Source of the DNA: Octopus vulgaris
Lineage: Eukaryota
Assembly (NCBI GenBank): GCA_951406725.2
Contig: OX597830.1
Coordinates: 62,062,001-62,126,000 of the forward strand
DNA length: 64,000 bases
Direction of reading: 5' to 3'
Positions 61,786 through 64,000 of the stretch are shown here, piece after piece (the first letter of the stretch is position 1; each line of letters opens with the position of its first letter). The notes beneath the pieces were generated by a model that worked only from the letters and a program-made list of their open reading frames with translations, searched no databases and was not told where the DNA came from. The position numbers were made by a program, and so were the translations under genes.

Positions 61786-61912
61786 TATTATTGAGTGTGT
61801 CCAACAAAAGTGGGATTGTGGAGTTTGCAAAGAGCCTAAGTGAGCTTGGTCTACAACTTGTTGGTTCTGGAGGTACAGCGCAAACCATCAGAAATGCTGG
61901 AATACCCATTGT
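61786..61912 (+). CDS. ATIC: ATIC coding exon 2 ([18 protein letters not shown]...[16 protein letters not shown])
   Basis: PurH MGS-like domain motifs SVSxKxG and SGGTA; acceptor ttcag|TA; donor GT|GTAAGT; 127 nt. Confidence 0.93.
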
Positions 61913-62598
61913 GTAAGTACTTCCTGAAATTCATATGTGTTTGAGTACTTGTCATTTTGTCTTATGTCAACCCTGATGGAATCTATCTATGATCAGACAT
62001 TCTAGCTGTGACCATCCTGTCTTTTTCTTTTTAAGAACATTTAGGACCACATTATCTAACGTGTCCTTTATTTATAATAAGAGTGTGATTTTTCGGGAGA
62101 TTTGACTGCTATTTCTAGCTGGTTGAGTGACTATATAGAGGCTCTCATTCATCACCATCATTTAACATCAGTTTTCTCTGCTGGCATGGGTTAGACAGTT
62201 TAACTGAAGATAGTAAGCTTGAGCACCATTCAAGCATGGTTGATGCTAGTACCGCATGACTGGCCCTAGTGCTGGTGGCACATAAAAGGCACCATTCAAG
62301 CATGGCTGATGCCAGTACAGCGTGACTGGCCCTAGTACTAGTGGCATGTTAAAAGCACCCACTACCCTCTGAGTGGTTGGTGTTAGGATGGGCATCTAGC
62401 TGTAGAAACCTTGCCAGATCAGATTGGAGCCTGGTGCAGCCCTCAGTCAAACTGTCCAACCCATGCCAGTATGGAAAGTGGATGTTAAAACGATGACGAT
62501 AATGCTGATGAAGAATCTGATGCTTAAGTAAAAGAAATTCCTTATTAGAAAATCAATCAGAAATTTTGGTCATTTAACGGAATTTTAATATTTTACAG

Positions 62599-62675
62599 GG
62601 ACGTCTCTGATGTTACAAAATGTCCCGAGATGTTGAAAGGTCGGGTGAAAACTCTCCATCCTGCCATACATGGTG
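62599..62675 (+). CDS. ATIC: ATIC coding exon 3 ([25 protein letters not shown]); the gene continues beyond the window
   Basis: Invariant PurH motif GRVKTLHP; acceptor tacag|G; donor G|GTAAGT; 77 nt. Confidence 0.95.
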
Positions 62676-63312
62676 GTAAGTGGTCATTTATGTTAATGTT
62701 GCTTAAGTGTGTGTCATTTTTTTCGCTTGTTTCAGTCACTGAGTAATGTTACAGGGATGCAAACAAACCTACACCAGTTGTTAATGGGTGTTAAGAAACA
62801 AATGGCAAAAACCCATGCATGCATACATGTGTATACACGCTCACAGATAATGGGCTTCTTTTCAGTTTCCATCTACCAAATCCACTCACAAGGCATTTGT
62901 ATAAGGCCCTTGCCCAAGGTACCACACAGTGGGACTGAACCCTTTCTGACAACATAGCCATGCCTGCACCTGTGATTGTGCATAAATTTTGTCATTAATG
63001 AAATTATTTTAGAATAAAAATAATTAGGTTTCTCAATTTATTTGCTATTGTTTTCAGATTTGACCAGATTATGGAATTGAGTTGGGTTTTCATCATCATC
63101 GTTTAACGTCCATTTTCCATGCTAGCATGTGGGTCTATAATCCCTAATCCTTTTCTTTATTATACTTCACCCAAAATCTTCACCCACCCCTTTTCTCATG
63201 TTCTTTTGGTTGCAGCAGGGTGACCTCACAAGTGCAGGACCCACAAAAACCTTCAACTCCTCCCACCAACAGTAACTATCCTCTTACTGTTCCCGCTACT
63301 ATATCCACACAA

Positions 63313-63545
63313 AGGGTGGCGAGCTGGCAGAATCGTTAGCACGGCAGGCGAAATGCGTAGCCGTATTTCGTCTGTCGTTACGTTCTGAGTTCAAATTCCG
63401 CCGAGGTCGACTTTGCATTTCATCCTTTCGGGGTCGATAAATTAAGTACCAGTTACGCACTGGGGTCGATATAATCAATTTAATCCGTTTGTCTGTCCTT
63501 GTTTGTCCCCTCTATGTTTAGCCCCTTGTGGGTAGTAAAGAAATA
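63313..63545 (+). mobile_element. tRNA-like SINE family C (~230 bp)
   Basis: TGGCAGAATCGTTAG and B-box-like GAGTTCAAATTC; minus-strand copies at 9917-10148, 11290-11498, 18970-19192 and 50906-51121. Confidence 0.85.
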
Positions 63546-63838
63546 TATGTCCACACATCAATAATTTTGTGTTCGCCCCCCACCCCCCTACTACATGATA
63601 ACAAATGTTGGTTTGTTTATTTCCCTGTAACTTAGTTTGGCAAAAAGAGACCAGTAGAATAACTAAGAACCTGAGTTTAATAAGTATTAAGGTTGAGTTC
63701 AACTGAAACCCTTCAGGGAGTGTGCCCCAACATGGCCACAGTTCAGTGAGTGAAACAATTAAAAGATGTAATAATAATTCTAATTAACATTTGCTTGCTT
63801 TGTATGTCAATGGTTGATTAGATGCTATTAACCGTTTA

Positions 63839-63951
63839 CTCTCTCTCTCTCTCCCTCTTCCCCTCTCTCTCTCTCTCTCTTCTCTCTCTTTTCCTCTCTC
63901 CCTCTTCCTCTCTCCTCTTTTTCTCTCTTTTTCTCTTTTCTCTCTCTCTCT
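63839..63951. repeat. (CT)n-rich polypyrimidine microsatellite in ATIC intron 3
   Basis: Directly visible. Confidence 0.9.
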
Positions 63952-64000
63952 GTTGTTACCAGCAGTGACTTGTGGTGTTATTAAAGAAAGAATTTAACCT

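Noticed and set aside
50154-62675. Functional metabolic gene cluster (acetyl-CoA transporter next to purine enzyme ATIC)
   Set aside because: No shared pathway is evident, and adjacency of housekeeping genes is expected by chance; synteny data would be needed.

Overview
AT-rich, repeat-dense eukaryotic (animal) genomic DNA. The SINE families, microsatellites and gene structures resemble an octopus/coleoid cephalopod genome; this is an inference from recalled repeat sequences, not a database result. I reconstructed three spliced genes by hand, with GT-AG junctions and consistent phases: METTL25B/RRNAD1 (minus strand, 10 coding exons, 26660->1524, 646 aa), SLC33A1 acetyl-CoA transporter (plus strand, 8 coding exons, 32271->50318, 521 aa; probably head-to-head with METTL25B via a non-coding exon ending at 27009), and the first three exons of ATIC/purH (56048 onward, runs off the window). 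Introns hold four SINE families, a near-full-length mariner, Merlin, hAT, piggyBac-type and Helitron elements, and LINE/Gypsy fragments. Most ORFs in the supplied track are spurious SINE or microsatellite translations. The main unannotated signal is a dispersed set of minimal type I hammerhead ribozyme motifs in Penelope-like terminal-repeat remnants that sit in (TA)n tracts. Two motifs are in sense in an SLC33A1 intron, one core variant lies just past the METTL25B poly(A) signal, and two further remnants form large fold-back palindromes. Also notable are a 2.1-kb two-unit AG-free polypyrimidine satellite starting 7 nt after a splice donor, and a triple-nested stack of Merlin-type MITEs carrying telomere-like repeats. 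Ribozyme activity, transcription and TE family names cannot be confirmed from sequence alone.
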